From: Obrimoposthia wandeli
Taxonomy: Eukaryota
Direction: 5' to 3'
Length of the DNA stretch: 64,000 nucleotides
Assembly: GCA_977020255.1 (NCBI GenBank)
Contig: CDROCS010000740.1
Coordinates: 496,001-560,000, forward strand
The number at the start of each line of letters is the position of its first letter. Within the stretch, counting starts at the first letter, position 1. Both the position numbers and the translations under genes were made by a program. Of this stretch, positions 24,794 through 35,600 are shown piece by piece. The notes beneath the pieces were generated by a model, which saw only the letters and a list, made by a program, of their open reading frames with translations, was not told the origin of the DNA and did no database searches.

Positions 24794-26013
24794 TTATACA
24801 AGTACAGTTCCCCACTTAGTGATTTGAATTTCGGAATCAAATACTCCATAGATTATGATATTAGTTGGATTTTTAAGATCTTTTGTAAACTTGATTTCTA
24901 CTTTCAAATTTCCCTGCTTAGGAATTTGAGATTGAGTAATATCGAAATACGGAAAAAGAACAAATGTGAATAGTGTATACTTGTCTTTGAAATATTTCAA
25001 TGAAATACCGACATTAGAATCCTTATCCATATAACCAAGATTTCTAATTAGAGAATACACATAAGAAAACACATAATCATCGTTTTCAAAGTCATTGTAG
25101 TATGTTTCCTGATAATCAATATTACGTTCAAGTTTTATTGAGTTCACATGCATATGACCAAATTGAGAAACCTACCTTTTAGAGCTTCCTCCATAGGTCG
25201 ATGTGTTCTGGAAAGCAATAAAAACAAAGTTCGGGAGCTGCATATCACCGAAAATCTGGTCCTTGTAATATGAAAGCGCTCCAGTGGGAATTGCATGAGA
25301 AACAAGATTAGTTTTTCTTATGGGATAACATGCATTTTGCTTCTCAAGCCCCATTTGATGAGCGATAAGTACTGACGGTTCAACCTTTACTCTACGAACC
25401 ATCAACTTAGCTTCTGAAATCTCAATTACAGGAGTAATTGATTCGGCGCAAACAATACTGAAACCTACCGGGTTTCTCTTCATTCTAATATGGACATTTA
25501 TTCCAGGCAAAAGATACTTTGGCTGCTTAAAGAAATCCAAATGAAGACTTCCCCATAGTGATAATACCTTAGACTTTTCAATCCAAGCTTTTCTGTTTTC
25601 TTCGTCATCATCAAATCCAGCATCAAGATTAATCAATTTCGTATCATTTCCATAATTCAATAATGTTTCAATCATTGTTTTATGCGTATAACTAGTATTA
25701 TTTCCTTCGACCTTTACATTATTGAAACTGAGAATCACATCCTTAAATAACGTATGAAATTGGCCGCTTTGATTTCCAAATCATTATCTAGTTTAGCACC
25801 TCCTTGATTTGTAACCTTCAATTTCACAAGAAGTAGACTATCATTTAAATCAATATATTGAGAATTCGATCCATTTATATTGAATTTCAAATCCGGAGAA
25901 GAAGTTCCACTAACTGTATTTGTTGGGAATTTTTCCTCAAAACTAGCACAAACAACTACTACTTGAGGCAGTGGTTTGTCAAAAAAACACAATTCGGTTT
26001 AAGCACAACTCAT
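24794..26013 (-). pseudogene. Polinton major capsid protein (double jelly-roll, PY/hexon-like), frameshifted into three ORFs
   Basis: MSCA*TELCFFDKP..FNINGSNSQYIDLNDSLLLVKLKV, then IETLLNYG..LHLDFFKQPKYLLPGINVHIRM..EAKLMVRRVKV..YPIR, then YTLFTF..QGNLKVEIKF..IIIYGVFDSEIQI. The start overlaps the upstream stop (ATGA). Confidence 0.93.
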
Positions 26014-26323
26014 TTCGTGAAAATTGTACCTTTTAAACGCTTGTTTTTAGCTTTTGTTTTAGTGATTTTCTTACGTTTATATCCACTTCCTTTTTGTTTT
26101 CTCAACATTTTTCCAAGACTCGGAGAAATTTCATCTACTTCTTGCAGAGCCGAGTTTTTAGTGTGGGAAGATTTTTTTCGTCTCCAGATAAGTAATTTGA
26201 TCCAACTTTAGCAATAAATTTTCAAAGTCGTTGGAGTAGAGGGAAAGCAAAGCAACACAAAAATTTCATCCATCCTGATCCATACTGTTTTCCAGTAAAA
26301 TAAGGTAAATTACCTCCTTGCAT
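26010..26323 (-). pseudogene. Small basic core-like protein with QxGG/QxGxG motifs (missed by the ORF track)
   Basis: MQGGNLPYFTGKQYGSGWMKFL..FAFPLLQRL*KFIAKVGSNYL, a frameshift, then LRKQKGSGYKRKKITKTKAKNKRLKGTIFTK*. It sits between penton and MCP as in other Polintons. Confidence 0.75.
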
Positions 26324-26358
26324 TGGTTTACTTTATGTATTAATTATACTTGAATCAA

Positions 26359-27290
26359 TCATATTTTTCTAAAATGTATTGTTAAATTTGTTTTAGCTAC
26401 AAATGAAAATTTAAACAATCTTCCAGAATCATCCCGAATATTAACTTCAATGTTGTTTATAAAGCTTGAGCTTACTGGAATACAAATTGGATTATCAATT
26501 GGAATATGTATAATATCTCCATACTTGTTCTTTTTCTGTTGAACCCAAATAGATTTTATTAATGGAAGTTTATTTCCACCCACAAATATCGGTTCAGTAA
26601 TACTTGTGTAAATATAAATCTGATTATATGCATTACTTAACTTGGCCCGATTAGATGCTCGGAAAACCTTATAAAGTTTTTTAAAACTGTTTTCATTGAA
26701 TCCAATAATTGTAGCTAAATTTTTATACATATTTATTTCTTTTATATGTGGTTTCAATTTAAACTCAATTATCTCCTTTTTAACATAAAAGCTTTCAAAT
26801 ATATTATCAATAATTTTTATGAAATATTGACAAAGACTTTCAACATTGGAAAATAAGCAATCATTTTCGAATGCATACTGCTCATGTACATCCTCTTGTT
26901 TATAATGATGCATCTTTATCTTTAAAGTCGGTAAATCATATATTTGATTTGGTAATTTCGATTCATTAAACATACTTTCAATAGCAGCTTCTTTCATACC
27001 GTAACTTAATGCTAAACGTTTATTATCAATTTCTAAATTGAAAGCTTGTCCTTTAGTGTGAGTTATACGTATTTTGTCTTCGTCGCTATGGTAAATAACA
27101 TATTTACTATTAATTGGAGTTATATACTTGACGAAATATTCTCCATGTTTCATTTTCAAACCAGCTTCAACTTCAGTTTTTATTGTTTTCTCCGCAACGT
27201 AATCTATCATTGAACCCCTTTTAATGGATTTTTTTTCCAAGTTGAAATAATTAAAGATAGTTCAATCGATTACCCATCATTGATTTCAGT
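26359..27290 (-). pseudogene. Polinton minor capsid protein (penton, PX-like), N-terminus damaged
   Basis: C-terminus IYIYTSITEPIFVGGNKLPLIKSI..GDIIHIPIDNPICIPVSSSFINNIEVNIRDDSG..LTIHFRK is the characteristic penton ending. Confidence 0.9.
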
Positions 27291-27607
27291 TTAAACATAC
27301 ATACCAGAACAATCTCCGATCGAGTCTGCTCACAGTAGCCAATTGGAAAATAGCGAATCAGAGTCAGAGAAATCTGAATACGAAATTATATAAAGATTCG
27401 GACAAATAATGGAAGTTGAATTTGCTAAGGAAGACAGGAATAAACGGAACATAGACTTTATGAAAGAATGCATACAATATCGAAGAATCGAAAACGACAA
27501 GGAAACAGAATCCGATGATAAAGAACAGAAATAGCAAGTACCTGAGACGGATAATAGTAATATTCCAGCGTTACAAATGTTAAAGAGGAAAGAAAATCCT
27601 CAAAATA

Positions 27608-28051
27608 ATGCCAAAAGTATGTATGTGTCCCCCATGAGATATAAATGATGCTGAACTGAAATTCCATTGCATAAATTGATTGATTAACATAATTGAAATT
27701 GAAATTGTGATTATCAGTACATTTCAAAATATCAAAGATAATACAATACAATATATACATGCTTCAAACGAAGAGTTAACTGATGCACAGGAGCATTTAG
27801 CGACGTTGACCAAGACTATTCAGAACGAAGTCATAAAAAGAAATGGTGTAATGTTATATCTAAAGAAATGCACAATGTTAGTACCTACTATAGACGTAGC
27901 ATTGTTTGTACAATATCATAAGTATACACCAGAAGAAGCTATAGTCAATATCAAACAAAACAGACCAGATACAGAATTTAAACCATTAATAGGTCGAGAA
28001 ATAGATATCCAGAGAATAGAAAGAAACAACGACAGATTGATGATAATCTAG
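27608..28051 (+). pseudogene. Dual-specificity-phosphatase-like ORF (two stops; catalytic HCxxGxxR not retained)
   Basis: DINDAELKFHCIN*LINI..IQYIHASNEELTDAQEHLATLTKTIQNEVIKRNGVMLYLKKC..PTIDVALFVQYHKYTPEEAIVNIKQNRP follows the order and spacing of DSP elements (L...I..+IN; G.V+VHC; T+..AY+M; EA+..+K..RP). Confidence 0.5.
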
Positions 28052-28059
28052 CAGCAATA

Positions 28060-30491
28060 TGAAAAGCTCAGTATCAACAACTGCTAGAACTAGGCTTGCT
28101 AAGTTGCCTCATGACAACAACAGGAGCACAAGAGTTTAACTCAAATCCAGAAAGCAATTCCGGGTTTGATAAAATAACAAAAGCATCATCAGTATGGTAT
28201 TCCAACAATGATCATACTGATAATGTTGACATAATGGTCAATTCGAAAACTAATTTGACACATAAAAGAGAATACAGAAGGAATTCTGTATGTAAAAGGG
28301 AATATATCAAATGGACCAACAGTGGAAGTGCTTGCGTATCTAAATAGAAAGATAAAGGATAACATAGTCAACGAAGCCATATATTATATGCAAAATCGAC
28401 ATCTAGATAAATTCCGAATGTAGTACAAAGCCAGTCAACAAAGGATACTCAATAGAATATCAGAAACATTTGCAGAACACAAGCAAAAATCCTTCGTTGA
28501 GAAAAGGGAATTAAAAGAAACAGACGTGAAAGGCATAACATATGTATTTGACGGACACGTTGTCGAAGTATGGAAGCAAAGGGCTGATAATCGAAAATAG
28601 TGTACTTCTCAGACCGCCCTGAATTTTGAGATCCAGTAATACAAGGGAAACAATATATTTAATTATTGGACAAGCTGAAATTGAGGAGTTGTTAATCCAA
28701 AGATGAATAACTAAAACAAGACGATACGATCAGAAAGTGTTATAACCAAACTAGGTGTGAAGTATTAATCAAGGATATGTGTACTATATCACAAGGACTG
28801 ATCTAAGGAATAGCAATTGGAGTGATATTAGAAGCTATTCCAACAAGTAAAGCAGAAATGATGACACTACCTGGATATAATTGACATCTGATAAATCAAG
28901 ACAACACTTTAGAAATAATCAAGACATCACACAGAAAACCCGTAATTATCATGTGCTTGAAAGATTGTCCAGAACGAATATGCATAATACCAGCAACAAA
29001 AATGACTTCATTAAATGGACATTATGGCGTTGATATCGTCACATGCAAGGACGACGCCTATGGACAAATTAAAGTTGTACTTATGAGTGTTATGTCAAAT
29101 CAGAGCATGCATAAATTCAAAATATTAACCATCAAGAGTAGAAGAAAAGAGCTGAGTGTATGGTATACCGAAATTATCTAATCCAATTATATCCATGATT
29201 ATTGGATGTATAATATTAACACTGATTATATTGACGTGTCGTTCAAAATTCAAAATAAAATTGAAAAAGAAACGTCAAATTTTTTCAAGCCGACCATGAC
29301 AAATGAACCTACAAAAATTTGACATAAATCCACCAATACCATCAATCTAAAATGAGCCAGCACCATAATATTAACCGACAGTATACAAACATATTGAAGA
29401 AAGACATTACTTTTACATTATTATCAGAAGTTTAGAATACCCATAGAAGTCATGACACGTACGATAATAGAAATTGTATTGATCATACAAGCTACAACAA
29501 TCGAAGTGTAAATACGTGTTATACACATAATAATACCCAGACTTAATATAAATCATGTGGTAAACATTCAGTTACAGACTTCAGAGACTGAAGATGCTAA
29601 CCTGAAATTATACGTTATCCGATAAATGCTCACCATACTACTGACTTACTAGATTATACGAAGACCTTACATCTCCGAATCACGATATCCAAGTGCAAAC
29701 GAATCATCCAAGTCACCTGAACAAGAACTACAATATTACCTGATGATAAACGCATCTGAGCAGTTGTTGACAAAATTACGGTTAAGAACAGACAACGTGG
29801 AACAGCATGGAATTCCATTACCATATATTTCAGATTGCTGAATACTGAACAAGCAGCTTTAGCTTGCCCCAATTTAAACAGCGGAAATCAACAAACAGTA
29901 TAAACCAAAGCTATGAATCAAACATACAAGGCATAATGAACATGTAATAAAATATTCAATGAGGTTAGAAAGACATCCACCGTGATCGTTGTGTTAACGG
30001 ACGAACGACAAAATCGGATGTACTACTTAAAGTTGAACTAGCATACGATCAGGTTCAATGGAACACCTGCCACAAGGAACAAGACCAGATCTAAAAAACC
30101 CGATCAAAGAAACCAAAATATAATCATTGAGAGAAAAAAATTGAAAGGAACAATTCCATTGCATCTCAAATCTCGATTAGTGATAAAACTTAAACAAGTA
30201 CCAAAAGAACAGCAACCAAACGTAATCAAAAGATTACAATTTACGTACGGAACGCGAACGACACCACTTGAAACAGCGGAAGACAAGAAATAATGGGATT
30301 ATTAGATGACAGACAGTGAAATAAGACCAGTTAATACTCTAATAGCAATGGCAGTAATTTCTATTACAGTATTTCTACTAACAATAATGTGCGTAAAAGG
30401 CAGTCAAGTATGTCCGAAAATACGACGAAGCAATAGACCAGTAGAATTCGGACGTGTAAAAATCAAACATCGGTTATTGTATTTATTGTAA
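28060..30491 (+). pseudogene. env-like membrane glycoprotein remnant
   Basis: About 2.4 kb of broken reading frame with a signal-peptide-like start (LLELGLLSCLMTTTGAQE), scattered Cys and N-x-S/T sites, and a hydrophobic TLIAMAVISITVFLLTIMCV followed by a basic tail just before the PPT/LTR. The fusion-protein class was not recognised. Confidence 0.45.
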
Positions 30492-30581
30492 TTGAAACGA
30501 AATAATTTAGTAACTTGAAAATATTGATAAAGAAACTTCGAATAAATAAAATTTATAACCAAAGGGTCTAGAAAAATAAGG

Positions 30582-30892
30582 TGTCGGTGAATCGCATTTC
30601 ACTCATAATCAACAACTTAGAAACGTCAGAAAGAATAAGTGTAAACTTAGTAACAAAGCAAATAATAATCGATTATGACACATAGTGTGTCGCCGTTAGT
30701 GATTTATTTTGTAAATTGCCCGCCATAGAATTAGTGATTGTTAAATTGAGAACTATCCATTAGAGAATTGGAGTACCAATTGCATACAGTCTGTTGTAAT
30801 AAAAATACATTGTTTAAACTTTATCCCAAAGTCTTAGCATAAGACCGTTAAGGAAATCAACCGCTAGTTCTTATATGATTTCACCGAGGACA
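30582..30892 (+). mobile_element. LTR (311 bp)
   Basis: TGTCGGTGAATC...GATTTCACCGAGGACA has TG..CA ends with an imperfect terminal inverted repeat, AATAAA near 30797, and a preceding polypurine run. The partner LTR is not in the window. Confidence 0.65.
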
Positions 30893-32608
30893 ATTCACAT
30901 ATTATTTAGCTGAGAATTAACCAACGTGGCGGTAATCCAAACCCTGACATATTTAGAGAATTATTGTCGATGTCGATTGGTTCCAGCTTTTATAGGGTTT
31001 CTAATAAAACGTGATTATATGAAATTGACTGTATAATATATTTAAAATATATTCAAACTTTAAAAACCATATATGACAGAGTTACAGTAGTTGTAGATGA
31101 AATTTATGGTATACATTGACAGAACTATTAAATGAAGCCAAATTATATCCTTTGTGACATTAAGTGCAGTAAAAAAACATTATGGTTTCATGAATTGACG
31201 AGTGTATATTTTGTGAATGACATAATTTGTGTTTTGGTAGCACAGTGATGAAGCTATGCATCATTTTGAGAAATTAATAAATTTAACCTACCCTATAACT
31301 AACTATAAGAAGTATATTAAAATTTTTAATAATGAAAATATAGATATAGAAAATACAGTGGTCATTGATATGACAATTGAGTAACGTAGGTTAGTCTTGT
31401 TTGATAAACAACGTTTAAATAAAAATAATGTTTCATTACGGATTTCTTCATAAGAATTTAGTTAAAATTATCGAATTCCATCATAATCAACAAATATGGT
31501 ATTAATTTACTTGAAACTCACTGTATTAAATATTTTCTTTGTAATATATGTTTTTTACCAATAAATACTACATCTCCAAATCTTATATTCAACGTATATC
31601 AAATTCTATAAAACATTAGTAAATAAATATTATACTTATTTTTATATTACATTACTTATAAAGTTTGTTTAAATACAATATTATAACCTAATTGACCTTC
31701 TATAAATATGAATACTGGCAGTTTCTTTTTAATTTTTTATTGAAGTTAGAATACTATATGTAAAATTGTATTAATTCAAGAATTCGATAATAAATTTGGT
31801 AAGCTTGAATTTATTCAGTTTATTTTTTAAGATAAATTTATAATTTAAAAAAAGAAGTTCATATTCTAGGTAAATTTCTAAAATTAGATATTTTAAAATT
31901 TATTAACAAAAGTTACTTGTATACCTTAGTTATTATGCATTAGTATCTGCAATATTTAAATAGTATTTTTTAAGTGTATTATGTTTGGCATTGTGCCAAA
32001 ATGTCTTGGATTTTTGGAGCGTGTTTGTGTGTATAATTAAAGGTGTACAATATTCTGTTGTCCCGAAGCATTTGAGGCACTGTTTCTATGCAGTACACAC
32101 CAACACATTTACAGACATTCTCTACCTCTGTTACGATATGAATTTATAAGTCAGATAGGAAAATTGTATTTTGGCTGCGGTTTTTGAGGCTTCAGTGAAT
32201 GAAATATATTTTGGTTCAAATTTCTTTTGTATAGTGGAATTAGCACAGCGAACTCGGTAATTTTTCATTTTGGATTTGAAAGTTGAATTAACTTTGGAAT
32301 ATTCTAGAGTAATTTTATTTTTAACATTGCATTTTTTTAGTGCTTGGGATTGTTCTTTTATATATTAATACAATATTTATGTTAACTGTTATGAGAAAGG
32401 CAAAGGATCACATAAATTACACATAGTTTACATCTTAATTTTTATGTGATCTTCAGAGTATCTCATCTTGAAACAAAAACTGACACATTTTTTCAAAATA
32501 TACAAATTTCTTTAATTCCTAGGCACATTTTAACCCTTTTAACAATTAAAAAATATGTAACAGCGATAGAAGCTTACCAAGATTATTTGAAGCAATGCTT
32601 ATGCAGAG

Positions 32609-35600
32609 ATGATGGAGTACAATCGTCCAACAAGTGTTATGAGCATGTTGGCGGACCAGATGCAACTTTCTTGCCTCAACGACCAAGAAGAGATGGGGTT
32701 ACCTGTCAATCAGATAAACTGCCGCTTTTCTCCAATCGAAAACAACGTAAGATACGCGTTTGGCTCTTGTTAATGTAAACTTAGTACAGTTTTAGTACGG
32801 TTTGTTCCAAAATATCTGTGATCTGTTTTAGTTTTATTTAATGTTTTTATGATTCCTACATCAAGTAGATTAATTTTTGAAATCATAATACAGTCACTAT
32901 TTTTATCCTTATTATTTATGGTTATTTTATTTCAGAACACATCAGACGACGACTTCGAAAAACACAGTGAGTGTTTATTTATTTATTTAATATGTGTGAT
33001 TTACAATTGTTAATTTTTTTCTGATTAACCTTTGCGAACGTTACGTGTTGTGCAACGTGCAGTGTCGACGAGTGCTCCCCCACAAAGACTCTCGCTCCGT
33101 GGTGCACATCCATTCTCTGGCGAGCCGTCTCTGTTGGTGGAGGAGCCTCCGACAGTAGCAACAGATGACCACTGGACCGGGGGCCATCAGCTGCCTTCCA
33201 AGCGCAAATGCCACTCTGTATCCGGTCATCTGCCGCGTCCGATAGCACTCAAGCCCATCCAGCACCAGCAGCAGCAGCACCATCATCAACATCATCAACA
33301 CAGCCAACACCAGCCACAACATCACCACTGTCACCATCATTTTTCTCTTCCCCGAGCCACCATTGTCAGACCCATCATCTCACCACACTATAAGAAGTGA
33401 GTGTTCTTCTGCAGTTGGTGTGTTTTGCACCAGATAAGGTACACGATTTAGCGCATAAAAATTGCTATTACACTAAAAACCTTAAAATACAATTTGGCAT
33501 AGTTTATCAAGTTTTAAATTTATCATCTGATGATTGATACATTCATCTCTCAATCACGCAGTGTTTTTCTAACTTTTTGTTACTATGTCTCCCTTTAAGA
33601 AGGATCTCATCATGGGACTACCCCTTTATTTTAAATTAATACAGACACATTTTTAAATGGTAAAATAATTATTAATCCAAAAAATGATTAAAAACGTGTT
33701 TGACGGAATAATAACAAGGTTTTATCATATATATTTCTGATTCATTTCTAAGGCTATGCATGTGCTTGTTTATTTGTACGAAGTTTCTGACATCTTGGTG
33801 CCATTGAGGAGTGCTACTGTAACTCTTTTTCTACTACTAAACGGGATTGGTATTTGTATTTCATTGCAGTTAGTGCAGAAAACCTTTTTTCGCAAAAATG
33901 TAATACTACAAAATATATATATTTAATAAAGTTGACTATAATATTCTTTTATGCGTACATATTTTTATTTACAGGGTGCGGAGAAAGTTCCCGATCGAAT
34001 TTTGAAAATTGAATTAAAGATATTATTATTTAACTAAATTTATCCATTTTGGCTTATTTTGTTTGTAGATACATATATTTATATATTTCAGATCCAAATT
34101 TCCTAAAATTTAATTTGCATTTGTTTAAAATGAGTAAACGTGAGGCCATTATCCAACTTCATTGCGCGGGAAAGACGAACCCAGAGATTGTTAAGATCTT
34201 AAAAGCTCCAAAATCAACAGTTCGGGATGCAGTAAACCGATACAAAGAACTTGGGACATCAGACGATCGTCCCAGAAGTGGACGCTCCCGAACTGCTCGC
34301 ACCCCAGCCAAAATAAAGGCCGTTAGGGAGCGAATAAGGAGGAACCCCAAACGAAGAATGAGGAAAATGGCCAAGGACTTCAAAGTTGACGAAAAAACTG
34401 TCAGAACAATTGTCAAAGATGATCTCAAGTTATCCCCTTTCAAGATGACCAACAGACAACAACTGACGGAATTGCAAAAACAGAAGAGGGTCGAAAGAGT
34501 CAAGATTCTCCTGAACCGAAAGAAGGATGGCACGGATGCTGGGGTAATTGTCTTTTCTGATGAAAAAATGTTCACTGTTGAGGCCCAGTTCAACTCGCAG
34601 AACGACAGAATTTTAGCTAAGAGTGCTGATAGCATTCCCAGTTCGGTAAAATCCGTTTACCGTCGCCAAAAACCTAGCTCGGTATTGGTATGGGCTGCCA
34701 TCTCTGAGAATTGGAGATCCTCTCTCAATTTTGTTAAAGAGGGTGCCAAAGTTAACGCAAACTCGTACATCCAGGATATTTTGACTCCAGCCCATGTTGA
34801 AATGAAGAAAAATTTCAAAAATGACCCTTTCACATTCCAACAGGACGGTGCGCCCTCTCACACTGTGAACAAAACTCAGGACTGGTGTGAGAATCACTTT
34901 CCAGCTTTCTGGAGGAAGGAATTGTGGCCTCCTTCATCACCTGACTTGAACCCTCTGGACTTTTGTGTCTGGTCCATCTTGGAGAGAGAGGCCTGCGCTA
35001 CAGCCCATGATAATACAGAAGCTTTGAAGAAGTCTCTTAAGCGGGAATGGCCAAAATTCCCCAGGAATCCTTTCGTGCCGCAGTGAAGAGCTTCAGGGGG
35101 ATACTTGAGCGTGTAATTGAAGCCAAAGGCGGCCACATTGAAAAAAAGATAGTATAAATGTTAAATAGAGCTCTAACAAATTGTGTGTGTTATTTTTTGT
35201 TTAATTTCAACCTTTATTAGTTGTTAAATTTAACGTTTTATGAGATCGGGGACTTTCTCCGCACCCTGTATATACGTTGTTATGAAAATTATATTTATGT
35301 TAAAATGTTTGCGCTTTTCTTTGCACTAGTCCGTGTATCCCCAGGGAGGCATTCTTTCCGGTTTGGATATCACTGCATTAACGGTTTTACCAAGTGTTCT
35401 CGATCGGATTAAGGTCCAAATATAATAATAGCCAATCATCGATTTATGAGCCAATTATTTGTAGATCGTGAAATAAATTATTCATAATGTTACCAAATAT
35501 GCCGAATGAATGGATGTATTGTCTAGCATGAAGTAGAGGTTCTCGTCATATACGAGAGCGTCATTCACCATAACCATACCGGACGAGTTGTGCTTGGCTG

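Larger units (their letters stand above)
18966..27300 (-). mobile_element. Decayed Polinton/Maverick (adintovirus-like) element, left terminus through penton; integrase, ATPase and right TIR absent
   Basis: AGTAGGGGGATTTGTGTCTTTCGG tip at 18966. Minus-strand gene order is penton, core protein, MCP, protease, two ORFs, pPolB. Truncated near 27300 by an LTR-element fragment. Confidence 0.9.
27301..30892 (+). mobile_element. 3' portion of an LTR retroelement: integrase tail, DSP-like ORF, env-like ORF, PPT and 3' LTR
   Basis: YEII*RFGQIMEV (GPY/F-like) at about 27378, then the two decayed ORFs below, a purine run AGAAAAATAAGG, and an LTR with inverted ends. Confidence 0.55.

Noticed and set aside
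4930-27300. Unistrand piRNA-cluster-like orientation bias of TE fragments
   Set aside because: Many fragments are on the minus strand, but gag, pogo, the Gypsy RNase H piece and one pPolB piece are on plus. This cannot be supported without small-RNA data.
33041-33340. Hydrophobic minus-strand ORF resembling a membrane protein
   Set aside because: It is the antisense of the CAG/CAT-rich FAM53 exon 3.
34049-34129. 27-aa N-terminal extension of the transposase
   Set aside because: It begins at a TTG in AT-rich leader. The HTH-bearing protein starts at ATG 34130.
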